Below, in pieces: positions 40,174 to 49,736 of a stretch of DNA of 64,000 nt. The notes under the pieces were generated by a model. That model saw only the letters and a program-made list of their open reading frames with translations. It was not told the DNA's origin and did not search any database. Positions within the stretch are counted from its first letter, which is position 1; the number at the start of each line of letters is the position of its first letter. The translations under genes and the position numbers were made by a program. The stretch lies in contig PBKD01000014.1 in NCBI GenBank assembly GCA_002722055.1, positions 16,533-80,532 on the forward strand, written 5' to 3'. This DNA is from Rhodospirillaceae bacterium. GTDB taxonomy: Bacteria > Pseudomonadota > Alphaproteobacteria > SHVP01.

Positions 40174-40857
40174 ATGAGAATAATTAGATTACCATTTAGA
40201 GCTATTACACTGATACTAGTTATTTATTTCTGGTGGTTGGGGGTTGGAAATGGTCTTTATATTGGCGCAAGTTCTGGATATATGACAAATTGGGGAGGTG
40301 GCCTCAGATATCTTACTAATTGGGTGCTAATACTAAATCTACTTGTTGCTGTAAATGCAGTAATGAATGAACACCTAGAAAGAACACCTTTCAACTTTAT
40401 TATTCCTGCCACACTTTCAATGAACTTTGTAGTGATAGCTTTATACTGGGGACTGAGAATTATTGATAAATCATATTTGGACGTTAATACAGAAGATTGG
40501 AGTACTTTTGAGTGGTTGTGGGACTTTTATTTGCACTGGGGCATGTCAATTTTACTTTTAATAGAGCTATTCTTCTTTAATAAATCATCATCAAAAACTA
40601 TATCCTCTTATTTTACTCTGATGGTTATTTTCTTTAGTTATATTTTTTGGATAGAATTAATAATTATGCCAAATAATGATGAACCATGTGGAAACTATAC
40701 CTGTGGGTTTCCATACCCATTTCTAAATGAAATGGAGCTTTCAGATAGAAACATATTTTACTTTGGAGTATGGGTATTAGGTACAGTCTCATTTGTTCTA
40801 GCTAGAGTAATTCTTTGGGCTAGCAAAAAAGTCATAATGAAGGAATTAACAGAGTAA
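40174..40857 (+). CDS. FAR-17a/AIG1-like membrane protein
   Basis: GG.LRYLTNW, YW.L, YLH, FPYPFLN motifs in a multi-TM protein. Confidence 0.7.
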   Translation: MRIIRLPFRAITLILVIYFWWLGVGNGLYIGASSGYMTNWGGGLRYLTNWVLILNLLVAVNAVMNEHLERTPFNFIIPATLSMNFVVIALYWGLRIIDKSYLDVNTEDWSTFEWLWDFYLHWGMSILLLIELFFFNKSSSKTISSYFTLMVIFFSYIFWIELIIMPNNDEPCGNYTCGFPYPFLNEMELSDRNIFYFGVWVLGTVSFVLARVILWASKKVIMKELTE

Positions 40858-40897
40858 AATTAAAAGCTAATTTCACATTTTAGACTTAGTAAAGCCA

Positions 40898-41473
40898 TTA
40901 CATACCAAAATCTTTAATTTCTAAATCCGATAGTTGCTCCCTAACATCTTCCAATTGATTGGTGTAAATATTTAATACTTTGATAGAGGTTACCAACCTA
41001 TGGTAAACTTCATCAGTATTTACTGGAATCCAGTTTTTAACATCCCTGATAATAACTTGCTCTGGAATCCAGTTAATATGACTATTTTTTTGAGAAGAAC
41101 CTCTCAATTCCATTGCTGGATAGGCGCCCCCGTTTGAACTAGAAATCGTAACTATCAACGCAGGTTTATGCCAAAAAGGTTTAGTGCCTAGTAACAAAAT
41201 TAAATTTTTAACATGAGGAGGCACCATACCGTGCCATTCGGGGACTACAAAAATAAACCCCTTTGATTGGCTAAAATTTTTTTTTAAATTAATGATATTT
41301 TCTTCATCACTTCCATAACCTTCCTCATTCCATAATGGAAGTTTATTTGAATAGAGACTAAATATATAAGAGTTAATATTCAATTGATCTTTTATTATTT
41401 TTTCAATAATTTTTGAAACCCTCTCTGATTGTGAAAGTTTCCTATTACTTCCAGAAATAATAATTATTTCCAT
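40898..41473 (-). CDS. NADPH-dependent FMN reductase
   Basis: ISGSNRKLSQS, VPEWHG..P..KN, KPALIV..S...GGAYP. Confidence 0.88.
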   Translation of the reverse strand: MEIIIISGSNRKLSQSERVSKIIEKIIKDQLNINSYIFSLYSNKLPLWNEEGYGSDEENIINLKKNFSQSKGFIFVVPEWHGMVPPHVKNLILLLGTKPFWHKPALIVTISSSNGGAYPAMELRGSSQKNSHINWIPEQVIIRDVKNWIPVNTDEVYHRLVTSIKVLNIYTNQLEDVREQLSDLEIKDFGM

Positions 41474-42516
41474 TAATTACCCAATTGACCTGAAGATGAT
41501 GATCTTTTCGTCATAAAATCATCAAAGGATTTATCAAAGTCCTCAAACTTTGAACTTGGCTGCACAATATCCTTCATCTTCTCAACTTCAAAGCATCTAA
41601 CAAGACGGTCATCTGAAGGAATTAGATCAGGATGATTATCTTGGCATTCTTTAGTAGATAGTGGGCACCTTGATTCCAGAAAACAGCCTTTTGGTAGGTT
41701 TATTGGGCTAGGTATTTCTCCTGATAGTTCTAGCGACTCATCCATAACTATATCTGGGTCAGGAAGAAGAATAGACGATAGTAAACCTGTAGAATAAGGA
41801 TGACTTGGCCTAGTGAAAATTTTACTCGTTTCACCAAATTCAACTATTTCACCCAGATACATAACTGCGGTTTCATCTGTAAGATATCTTACAGTACTTA
41901 GATCATGAGAGATATAAATATAACTTACACCAAAATCTTTTTGCACATCCTGAAGCATCGAGAGAATTTCAGCTCTAGCAGTTGGGTCAAGAGCAGAAGT
42001 TGGTTCATCCAAAACAATTAATTTTGGATCTGTAATCAGCGCTCTAGCTATCCCTGCTCGTTGCTGTTGTCCTGCACTTAATTGTGATGGATACATTGAA
42101 AGTTGCTCCTCTTCTAAAGAAACTTTTTCAGAAACATTTTTTAGCTTTGAATTCCAGGACGATTTTTCTACACCAAGCCCTTTCAATGGTTCACAAATTG
42201 AATCTCCAACTTTTATCCTAGGGTCTAAAGATTCTGAAGGCTCCTGAAAAACAAGTTGAATTTTTCCTCTTATATCTGGGTGTCTTATATTCACTTTACT
42301 TCCGATCGAGCGTTGCTCAAAAGAAATAGATCCTTTATTGGGATCAATAAGACCAACAATTAATCTACCTAAAGTTGTTTTACCAGATCCAGACTCACCA
42401 ACAACACCTACAGTCTTCCCTTCATTTATATCAAGACTAACACCATTAAGAGCTCTGACATCTCCACCTTTAGTTTTGAAAATTTTAACTACATCTTTTA
42501 CTTCAAGTATTTTCAT
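41473..42516 (-). CDS. Peptide-type ABC ATPase (OppF-like)
   Basis: GESGSGKT, signature LSAGQQQR, LDEPTSALD, ISHD, C-terminal Cys cluster. Confidence 0.92.
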   Translation of the reverse strand: MKILEVKDVVKIFKTKGGDVRALNGVSLDINEGKTVGVVGESGSGKTTLGRLIVGLIDPNKGSISFEQRSIGSKVNIRHPDIRGKIQLVFQEPSESLDPRIKVGDSICEPLKGLGVEKSSWNSKLKNVSEKVSLEEEQLSMYPSQLSAGQQQRAGIARALITDPKLIVLDEPTSALDPTARAEILSMLQDVQKDFGVSYIYISHDLSTVRYLTDETAVMYLGEIVEFGETSKIFTRPSHPYSTGLLSSILLPDPDIVMDESLELSGEIPSPINLPKGCFLESRCPLSTKECQDNHPDLIPSDDRLVRCFEVEKMKDIVQPSSKFEDFDKSFDDFMTKRSSSSGQLGN

Positions 42517-42545
42517 CCAAAATCCTTTAAAAATAATTAGAATAA

Positions 42546-43463
42546 TTATCTAATCATTCTTACTAAATGCCCCTTTTCAACCTCTATCATCTTATCAGGT
42601 ACATTGCCATTTACAAAAAATTCTTTTGACCATTTTTGAGGTTCAGTAGAATAAACTTTTCTCCATTTTACAGAATGTGAAAAAGCTGACAACAGTGCTA
42701 AACTATAAGGATGAATAGGGTTTCTAAAAAAACTCTTTATTGGAGCTATTTCAACTATCTGCCCACGGAATAACAAACCTAAGTGATCACAAAAATGAGC
42801 AGCTAAACCTATATCTCTAGTAATGAATAGAACAGAGAGATTTTTTTCTTTAATTATATTTTGCATCAATTTCATGATTTCTCTCTGCACAGTTACATCT
42901 AAACCGCTGGTAGCATCATCAGAAATTACAAATTTAGGATTACAAATTAGCGACATAGCAATAATTACTCTTTGAGCCATACCACCACTTAACTCATGAG
43001 GGTAGGCAGAATATCTGGAGCGATGGTCTGGAATTTGAACAGATTCAAGAACTTTAAGAACAGCTTCTCTAGCCTCTCTATTATTTAACTTTAAATGAGT
43101 TTTTACTATATCTCCTAATTGACGACCAATAGTTAACAACGGATCAAGCTCGCTTTTTGGGTTTGGCACAATTAATGAAATTTGTGAACCCAAATAGTTT
43201 TTTAGTTCTTTCTGGGGCATAGTTACAATATCTTTATTTTCAAATAGTATCTTACCAGCTGTTACCTCTCCAGGTTCAACTAACTGACGGGTTATTGCCC
43301 TAGCTATTGAAGTTTTTCCTGCTCCAGATTCGCCAACCAAACCTAAAACTTTGCCTTTATCTATAGTAAAAGAAACATCTTTAACAGCTGTTGTGCCAGA
43401 ACCTTTATATCCAGGGTAATCAACTGTTAAATTATTTAATGATAAAGAGATATTCTCAGTCAT
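42546..43463 (-). CDS. Peptide-type ABC ATPase (OppD-like) with degenerate Walker B and H-loop
   Basis: GESGAGKT, LSGGMAQR, SDDATSGLD, FITRD. Confidence 0.9.
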   Translation of the reverse strand: MTENISLSLNNLTVDYPGYKGSGTTAVKDVSFTIDKGKVLGLVGESGAGKTSIARAITRQLVEPGEVTAGKILFENKDIVTMPQKELKNYLGSQISLIVPNPKSELDPLLTIGRQLGDIVKTHLKLNNREAREAVLKVLESVQIPDHRSRYSAYPHELSGGMAQRVIIAMSLICNPKFVISDDATSGLDVTVQREIMKLMQNIIKEKNLSVLFITRDIGLAAHFCDHLGLLFRGQIVEIAPIKSFFRNPIHPYSLALLSAFSHSVKWRKVYSTEPQKWSKEFFVNGNVPDKMIEVEKGHLVRMIR

Positions 43464-44474
43464 TTAATCCCTCAATCTTGGGTCAATGGCAAAATATAAC
43501 AGATCAACAATTAAATATAAAATTAGACATAGTATAGCTGACCAAACCACAAAGCCCATTACTGGATTTATATCAGCATTAAGAACACCAGATAGAGCAT
43601 ATTGTCCTGCACCACCCCAACTAAACACAATCTCAACTAAGACAGCACCTCCAATTAAAAAACTATATAAAACTGACACTATAGTTAAAACTGAAGGTAA
43701 TGAGTTTCTAAAAGCTCTTCTAACTATTTGAAATTCTGTAAGACCACAGCTTCGTGCATAGCGAATATGATCTGACTCTAATAATCTGTCCATAGTTGAT
43801 TGAGTCATTTTTATAATCGGCCCTGCATTAATTAAACCAAGAGTAAGAACTGGCAATGTTAAGTGTGCAACAACATTGCTAAATGTTTCCCAATCTCCAG
43901 CAATTAGTGAATCAATAAAATAAGACCCACTAACTACTGCTGGAGGCAAAATTCCAAGATCCAACCTGCCCATTGGAGCAGCAGCCCAACCTAGAATAGT
44001 ATAAAAAACAAATATAAATATTAAACCCAACCAGAAATCTGGAAGAGATCCAGCTAATAAACCATAGTATGTAGAAAATTTGTTAATAATTGATTTTTTT
44101 AAAAGTGAAGCAAGTATTCCTACAGGAATTCCTAAAATAAGAGCGAATAGCAAAGATAAAGTAACCAACTCCATAGTAGCTGGGAATCTCTTAAGCAAGT
44201 CTTCCATCACAGGTTTTGTTGTCTGCCAAGAAGTACCAAGATCTCCTGATAAAACCCTCTCAAGATAAATAACAAATTGCTCTATAAGTGATTTATCAAG
44301 ACCCATAACCGCTCTTATTTCATTTATTGCTTCCTGAGATGCAAGAGGGCCAAGCATTAGTAAAGCCGGGTCGCCAGGTATCATTTTTAAAAGAAAAAAG
44401 CTCACAGCAATAATTCCAAAAAGCTGGGGCAAAACAAACAACAATCTTCTGCCTATATACCTTATTAGAGCCAT
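43464..44474 (-). CDS. Peptide-type ABC permease (OppB-like)
   Basis: PGDPA, GDLGTSW, LPDFWLG, HLTLPVLTL, EIVFSWGG, DPRL. Confidence 0.93.
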   Translation of the reverse strand: MALIRYIGRRLLFVLPQLFGIIAVSFFLLKMIPGDPALLMLGPLASQEAINEIRAVMGLDKSLIEQFVIYLERVLSGDLGTSWQTTKPVMEDLLKRFPATMELVTLSLLFALILGIPVGILASLLKKSIINKFSTYYGLLAGSLPDFWLGLIFIFVFYTILGWAAAPMGRLDLGILPPAVVSGSYFIDSLIAGDWETFSNVVAHLTLPVLTLGLINAGPIIKMTQSTMDRLLESDHIRYARSCGLTEFQIVRRAFRNSLPSVLTIVSVLYSFLIGGAVLVEIVFSWGGAGQYALSGVLNADINPVMGFVVWSAILCLILYLIVDLLYFAIDPRLRD

Positions 44475-44493
44475 TTAAAAACCTCTTTGCTTA

Positions 44494-45363
44494 TTAATAC
44501 TTTGCTATAGCAGCTCTTCTTCTTACAGGATCAGCTAATACTTCAACACTTGCTCCAATCAAAGCAAAACTAAAAACAGTCAAACCTAAAACTATTCCAG
44601 GAAAAGTCGATGGCCACCATTGTCCAGTTACAATATTTTTAAAACCTACAGCTATCATACTACCCCATTCTGGAGTTGGAGCTTCAACACCTGCTCCTGC
44701 AAAACTTAATGCAGCAGCAAGAAGAACTGACCAACCTACATTAACAGATAAATGGCTTAAAATAGGACCCATTGAATTTGGAACAATATGTTTAATAATC
44801 AAATTTACATCAGAAAGCCCGGAAAGATAGGCCGCTTCTACATATCTCATTTGTCTTATGGATAATGCTTGAGTTCTCATTAGTCTGACATATATAGGCA
44901 TATTAACAAAAGCAATCGCAGCAATGATACTATATAGCCCCTGACCAAAAATTGCTACAAGTGCTATAGCAAAAACAAATACTGGAAAAGATTGAATTAC
45001 ATCCAATGCACGCATAGTAAAGCTACTAAATACTGTTTTAAGTCTTCCCCTTGCCTCGTAATAACCAACAAACGCGCCAATTGCAGTTCCAACAATTGCT
45101 GATACAGCTGTACCTAAAAAAGCTATACTAAGGTCCAACCTTATAGAATATATACAACGACTGAAAATATCCATCCCAGTCTCATCAGTTCCGAATAAAT
45201 GCCTCCAACTAGGAGCCTGAAGATAATCATCAGGGTTAGCTGTTTGTGGTGGCCAAGGAGCTATTAAGTCAGCAAAAATTGCTAAAAAAATAAGAAAGAA
45301 TACAAAAAAATAACCGAAACCTATTAGAGGACGGTCTTTGCAATATAGAAAAAGTACTTTCAT
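44494..45363 (-). CDS. Peptide-type ABC permease (OppC-like)
   Basis: HLFGTDETGMDIFSR, YVEAAYLSG, HIVPN, PTPEWG. Confidence 0.93.
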   Translation of the reverse strand: MKVLFLYCKDRPLIGFGYFFVFFLIFLAIFADLIAPWPPQTANPDDYLQAPSWRHLFGTDETGMDIFSRCIYSIRLDLSIAFLGTAVSAIVGTAIGAFVGYYEARGRLKTVFSSFTMRALDVIQSFPVFVFAIALVAIFGQGLYSIIAAIAFVNMPIYVRLMRTQALSIRQMRYVEAAYLSGLSDVNLIIKHIVPNSMGPILSHLSVNVGWSVLLAAALSFAGAGVEAPTPEWGSMIAVGFKNIVTGQWWPSTFPGIVLGLTVFSFALIGASVEVLADPVRRRAAIAKY

Positions 45364-45387
45364 GATATATTTACTAAACTAAAATAC

Positions 45388-45422
45388 TTGAACAGTCACT
45401 CTAATTAAGAGTGACTGTTCAA
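45388..45422 (-). terminator. Perfect 15-bp stem-loop between SBP and permease genes (partial terminator or mRNA stabiliser)
   Basis: TTGAACAGTCACTCT-aatta-AGAGTGACTGTTCAA. Confidence 0.8.
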
Positions 45423-45435
45423 AATTATTTAAATA

Positions 45436-47061
45436 CTATGCCCAGTAAAAATCACCAGCACATGTGTGATTATATGTTCTATAAGTATAACCTTTAAGAT
45501 CTTTATTTCTTACTAAAGAGAAATCAGGGTTGCTTATAAGAACAACAGGCGCATCATCTAGAATTATTGATTGACATTTATCAAGCATTTCAAATCTAGC
45601 TGCTGCATTACCTTCACTTGCGGCTGCTGTTAATATTTTATCAACTTCTGGGTTATTATAGTTAGAGTAATTAACAAAAGAAGATGATAAATAATACAAG
45701 TTAAGAGCATAACCTGGATCTGGTGACCAAGGTGCATCACGATAAAAAGTCATTGGATGTTTTTTAGCAACAATCTCTTTAAAGTATGAAGCACTCGGAG
45801 TCTTTTTAAGTGTTAGTTTAACACCTATTTGTTCCAGAGCAGTTCTATAGAGAACAAGAAGAGGCTCTTGGAAAGTTTGACCGGCATCATATATAACATA
45901 AGTTTCAAAACCATTTGGATAACCAGCATCTTTTAACAGATCTCTAGCTTTATCTAAGTTCTGCTTGTTATAAGTAGTACCAGGCACATACCCAGGATAT
46001 ATATCAGGCATAACTCCCTCGAGAACCTTACCATAAGTTTGATAAACAGATTTAATGGCGGCAGCTTTTGGGAAAGCATAGTTCATTGCTTGTCTAACTC
46101 TTTTATCATTAAATGGTTTCTCTGCACAATTAAGATGCAACCAATCCATCCATGAAGATTGAACTGAATCAATTGCAACATTTGAAGCATTTTTCAAACT
46201 TGCAACCTCTAGAGGAGTAAGGAATTGAGCTACGTCTACACTTCCTTTTTTAACCAACTGTGCTCTTTGGGATGATGATGTAACTTCCTGCATAATGAAT
46301 GTATCAATAGCAGGTTTTCCATTCCAATAATCCTTTCGTGCTTTAGCTACTGCAGATGCACCTCTATCAATAGAAACCATATTATAAGGTCCATATCCTG
46401 CTACATTATTCTTAAGCCATTCTTTAGCCCAAGGATCATCACTTGTCGCTACCTCTTTACATTTTTTACTGTCTAAAATGTTGTTATATGGGTTTCTGTG
46501 TAATCTCATTAACATTGGAGCAGGTTTATCAAGTCTGAAAGAGACAGTGTACTTTCCATCAACTTGGATTTGCTCAGGTTTTGAAAGTCCAATAACAGAT
46601 GCAAAAAATCCACCAATTGCTCCCAATGCAAGTTTTCTGTCCCAAGACCACTTTACATCTTCTGCAGTGAGTTCATTACCCCAATGACTTTTTACACCTT
46701 TTCTCAAGTTAAAAGTAACAGAAGTCATGTCAGGTGCTATTTTCCAGCTCTCTGCAAGTTTTCCATACATTTTATGACCACTTGGTCTGTCAGGATATTT
46801 TTTTAAGTCTTCTCTTTTAGCATCAGGGTCCTTAGGATCAGGTATAGTATCGTATGCTATAAGACTATCATAACACGCACTAATAAAATCAAATGTACCC
46901 AAACTAGTATCAAACTCACTATCTAAACTTTGAGGTGTACCAGGTGATGCAAATATAAGAGAGTTACTCTTCTTCCCTGCTGAAGCAACTTTGCTAGCAA
47001 GAGGGACGGTCATCAGAGCTGATGCAGCTGCTGAATTTTTAAGAAACGATCTACGATCCAA
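45436..47061 (-). CDS. Family 5 ABC substrate-binding protein with Tat signal
   Basis: DRRSFLK twin-arginine motif, KLAESW, LRKGVK, TAEDVKWS, GYGPY, DKRVRQAMNYA; GGAGG RBS before TTG start. Confidence 0.93.
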   Translation of the reverse strand: MDRRSFLKNSAAASALMTVPLASKVASAGKKSNSLIFASPGTPQSLDSEFDTSLGTFDFISACYDSLIAYDTIPDPKDPDAKREDLKKYPDRPSGHKMYGKLAESWKIAPDMTSVTFNLRKGVKSHWGNELTAEDVKWSWDRKLALGAIGGFFASVIGLSKPEQIQVDGKYTVSFRLDKPAPMLMRLHRNPYNNILDSKKCKEVATSDDPWAKEWLKNNVAGYGPYNMVSIDRGASAVAKARKDYWNGKPAIDTFIMQEVTSSSQRAQLVKKGSVDVAQFLTPLEVASLKNASNVAIDSVQSSWMDWLHLNCAEKPFNDKRVRQAMNYAFPKAAAIKSVYQTYGKVLEGVMPDIYPGYVPGTTYNKQNLDKARDLLKDAGYPNGFETYVIYDAGQTFQEPLLVLYRTALEQIGVKLTLKKTPSASYFKEIVAKKHPMTFYRDAPWSPDPGYALNLYYLSSSFVNYSNYNNPEVDKILTAAASEGNAAARFEMLDKCQSIILDDAPVVLISNPDFSLVRNKDLKGYTYRTYNHTCAGDFYWA

Positions 47062-47520
47062 AGTGAAAATCCTCCATAAATTATTTACTATTTATAATAA
47101 GGTTAGCTCAGTTTAATACTATATTCAATTATTAAGCGCTAGACATTCACAAATACTGGCTTGCAATATAATTAACATTAAATATAAATCTTAACTATAT
47201 GAAATATATAATATTTTTTTTATATAAATTTATCTTAAATTTATATAAATCAAAAAAAAAAAATATTTTCATAAAATAATATTTTAAAATTTTGATAATT
47301 TGAGAAATAATATTTCAAATTTTTAAAAGTTATTTCAGGTTAGATTTATTGTCAAAAATCAAATTTTATGGAAAAAATTAAATTTATTCATTTTTATACA
47401 CAGGTTATTAAATTCAATGCCACATAATGTCATAGTTAATGAAAGTATTATGAATTATGCAATTTATGATATAATATTTGCTCATTAGATTTTTAAATAT
47501 CTATTTTTTGGGCTCACAAA

Positions 47521-47814
47521 ATGTCAGTAACTATTATTCTAGAGATAAAAGCCAAACCAGGAACTGGTTCAGAAATTATAGATAATCTTAGAGAGGTTTT
47601 ACCAGATACTAGAAGATATGATGGATGTGTTGGTTTAAAAACATATCAAAATCAAGAGAACCCTGACGTTATTGTTTTAGTAGAGGAATTTGAAAGCAGA
47701 GAAAAGTATTCTAAATACTTATCTTGGCGCCAAAATACAGGTGTTTTTGATAAACTAGCTTCAAAGCTTCAAGAACCACCCTCAATAAGATATTTTGATC
47801 TTACAGATGTTTAA
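47521..47814 (+). CDS. Antibiotic biosynthesis monooxygenase (ABM) domain protein
   Basis: AKPG, TR.YDGC, VEEFESRE.Y..Y..WR; 97 aa. Confidence 0.85.
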   Translation: MSVTIILEIKAKPGTGSEIIDNLREVLPDTRRYDGCVGLKTYQNQENPDVIVLVEEFESREKYSKYLSWRQNTGVFDKLASKLQEPPSIRYFDLTDV

Positions 47815-47856
47815 GTTTTAAAAAGATACATTAAGATATATCGAAAGGAAAAAGTT

Positions 47857-48918
47857 ATGGTTGATTTTGGTGTCTTCCTCCCAAACGGATCAAATGGATA
47901 TCTTATGAGTAGTGCTTATAAACCATACGCCCCCACATTTTCTGATAATTTACAAATTACCCAATTGGCAGAACAAAATGGATTTGATTATGTCTTGCCT
48001 ATGATTAAATTTAGGGGTTTTGGTGGAGATACAGGTTGCTGGGATGAATGCCTTGAGCCATTTAATCTTGTAGCAGGTTTGGCTGCAAAAACTGAAAAAA
48101 TAAAGTTTTTCCCTACTGTCTCAATGCCAGCTGTTCACCCAACCTATGCTGCTAGAATGATTTCAACATTAGACCAAATAAGTGACGGCAGAACTGGACT
48201 TAATGCGGTTACAGGATGGAATAAACCTGAATATTCTCAAATGGGTCTTTGGCCAGGCGATGAATACTATAGTGATAGGTATACACTCGCAGCTGAGTAT
48301 GTAACTATTCTAAGAGAGCTATGGCAAAATGGAGAAACAACTTTTGAAGGAAAATATTTTAAACTTACCGATTGTAAATGTTTTCCAGTGCCTAATTCTC
48401 ATATTGATATAGTTAGTGCTGGTCAATCAAAACAAGGTTTAGATTTTGTTGAAAATTTTGCAGATTATAGATTTATTATTGCTAACCCAAATGCACTAAA
48501 AAGATTAGAAGAGGAAGTTCATTCCAATAAAAAAAGAAAGTTTGGAAATTATCTTCTTTTTCACTTACTTGCTCGAGAAACTGATGAAGAAGCAAATAAA
48601 ACAGTAAAAACGATTGTGGAAAAAGCAGATATTCCAGCAATTGAAACTATGTTATTTGGTGGATCAGGTGATAAAAACAAAGAAGGAACTCTAGAAGCAC
48701 TGAGACAGGCTAAAGATGCACCTGTTGAAGAGGGCAATATGGCTTTTGGAGCTCACCCATGCATTTATGGCTCATTCACAAATGTAGCGGAGAAGATAAA
48801 TGATATCATTGAAAAAACCCAACCAGCAGGATTCATGTTCGCTTGGGCTGATTTTAAAGAGGGAATAAAAGATTTTGGAGATAAAATTCTCCCTAAAATA
48901 GAAATTAACAGAAGGTAA
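47857..48918 (+). CDS. rutA: LLM-class flavin monooxygenase, RutA (pyrimidine monooxygenase)-like
   Basis: FGVFLP.G.NG, MIKFRGFGG, GWNKPEYSQMGLWPGDEYY..RY, AGQS..G match the RutA pattern; no other rut genes adjacent. Confidence 0.7.
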   Translation: MVDFGVFLPNGSNGYLMSSAYKPYAPTFSDNLQITQLAEQNGFDYVLPMIKFRGFGGDTGCWDECLEPFNLVAGLAAKTEKIKFFPTVSMPAVHPTYAARMISTLDQISDGRTGLNAVTGWNKPEYSQMGLWPGDEYYSDRYTLAAEYVTILRELWQNGETTFEGKYFKLTDCKCFPVPNSHIDIVSAGQSKQGLDFVENFADYRFIIANPNALKRLEEEVHSNKKRKFGNYLLFHLLARETDEEANKTVKTIVEKADIPAIETMLFGGSGDKNKEGTLEALRQAKDAPVEEGNMAFGAHPCIYGSFTNVAEKINDIIEKTQPAGFMFAWADFKEGIKDFGDKILPKIEINRR

Positions 48919-48922
48919 GAAA

Positions 48923-49678
48923 ATGAATTTAATGGGAAAATCAATACTTATAACGGGTGCTAATAGAGGCATAGGCAAATCTTTAGTTCTTGAGTCTATA
49001 GAAAAAGGAGCTTCAAAAATATACGGTACTTCAAGAAAAGAAGGATCCTTAGATCTTAATAATAATAAGGTTGAAGAAATTATTATGGAGGTAAGAGATA
49101 TAGAATCTGTAAAAAAAGCGATGAACAAAATATCTTCCCTTGATATTTTGATAAATAATGCAGGTGTTTTGCATAATGTTCCTATTTTATCAGAAGAAGA
49201 ACAACTTAAATATGCTAAGGAAGAAATCGAAGTAAATTATCTTGGCCCTTTGAATGTATGTAATATTTTTTGGCCGTTACTAGCTAAAAACAAGTCCAGT
49301 GACAATAAAGGAGTTATAGTCAATGTAATGTCTACATTAGCTAAAGTAACATATCCATTTTGTGGAACCTATTGTGCCAGCAAACATGCTACTCTTGCCT
49401 TGACCCGAGGTCTACGAGCTCAACTCAAAGATTTAAATATTGATGTTTTAGAAGCTTATCCTGGATTGACTGATACAGATATGACAAAAGGACTTGATCA
49501 CCTCCCAAAAGTTACCCCATTAAAAGTTGCAAAAAAAATAATCACTGCAATTGAAAATAATCAACAAGAAGTTTATGTAGGAGATGACTCAATCGAAATG
49601 GCGGATCATATACTTAAGGACCCTAAAGGGGCTCAAGACGAAGCAAATCAGTATATGCCAGATTCTCTAAAGATATGA
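48923..49678 (+). CDS. Short-chain dehydrogenase/reductase
   Basis: TGANRGIG, NNAG, YCASK. Confidence 0.92.
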   Translation: MNLMGKSILITGANRGIGKSLVLESIEKGASKIYGTSRKEGSLDLNNNKVEEIIMEVRDIESVKKAMNKISSLDILINNAGVLHNVPILSEEEQLKYAKEEIEVNYLGPLNVCNIFWPLLAKNKSSDNKGVIVNVMSTLAKVTYPFCGTYCASKHATLALTRGLRAQLKDLNIDVLEAYPGLTDTDMTKGLDHLPKVTPLKVAKKIITAIENNQQEVYVGDDSIEMADHILKDPKGAQDEANQYMPDSLKI

Positions 49679-49736
49679 TTTAATTAAAATGGAAGACTAA
49701 TTCAAGTTAATTATAAAATTAAATATCTTCCTTGAT

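Noticed and set aside
47160..47200. CtrA boxes (TTAA-N7-TTAA)
   Set aside because: The TTAA words I checked here and near 1518-1544 do not have 7-nt spacing, and TTAA is frequent by chance at this AT content
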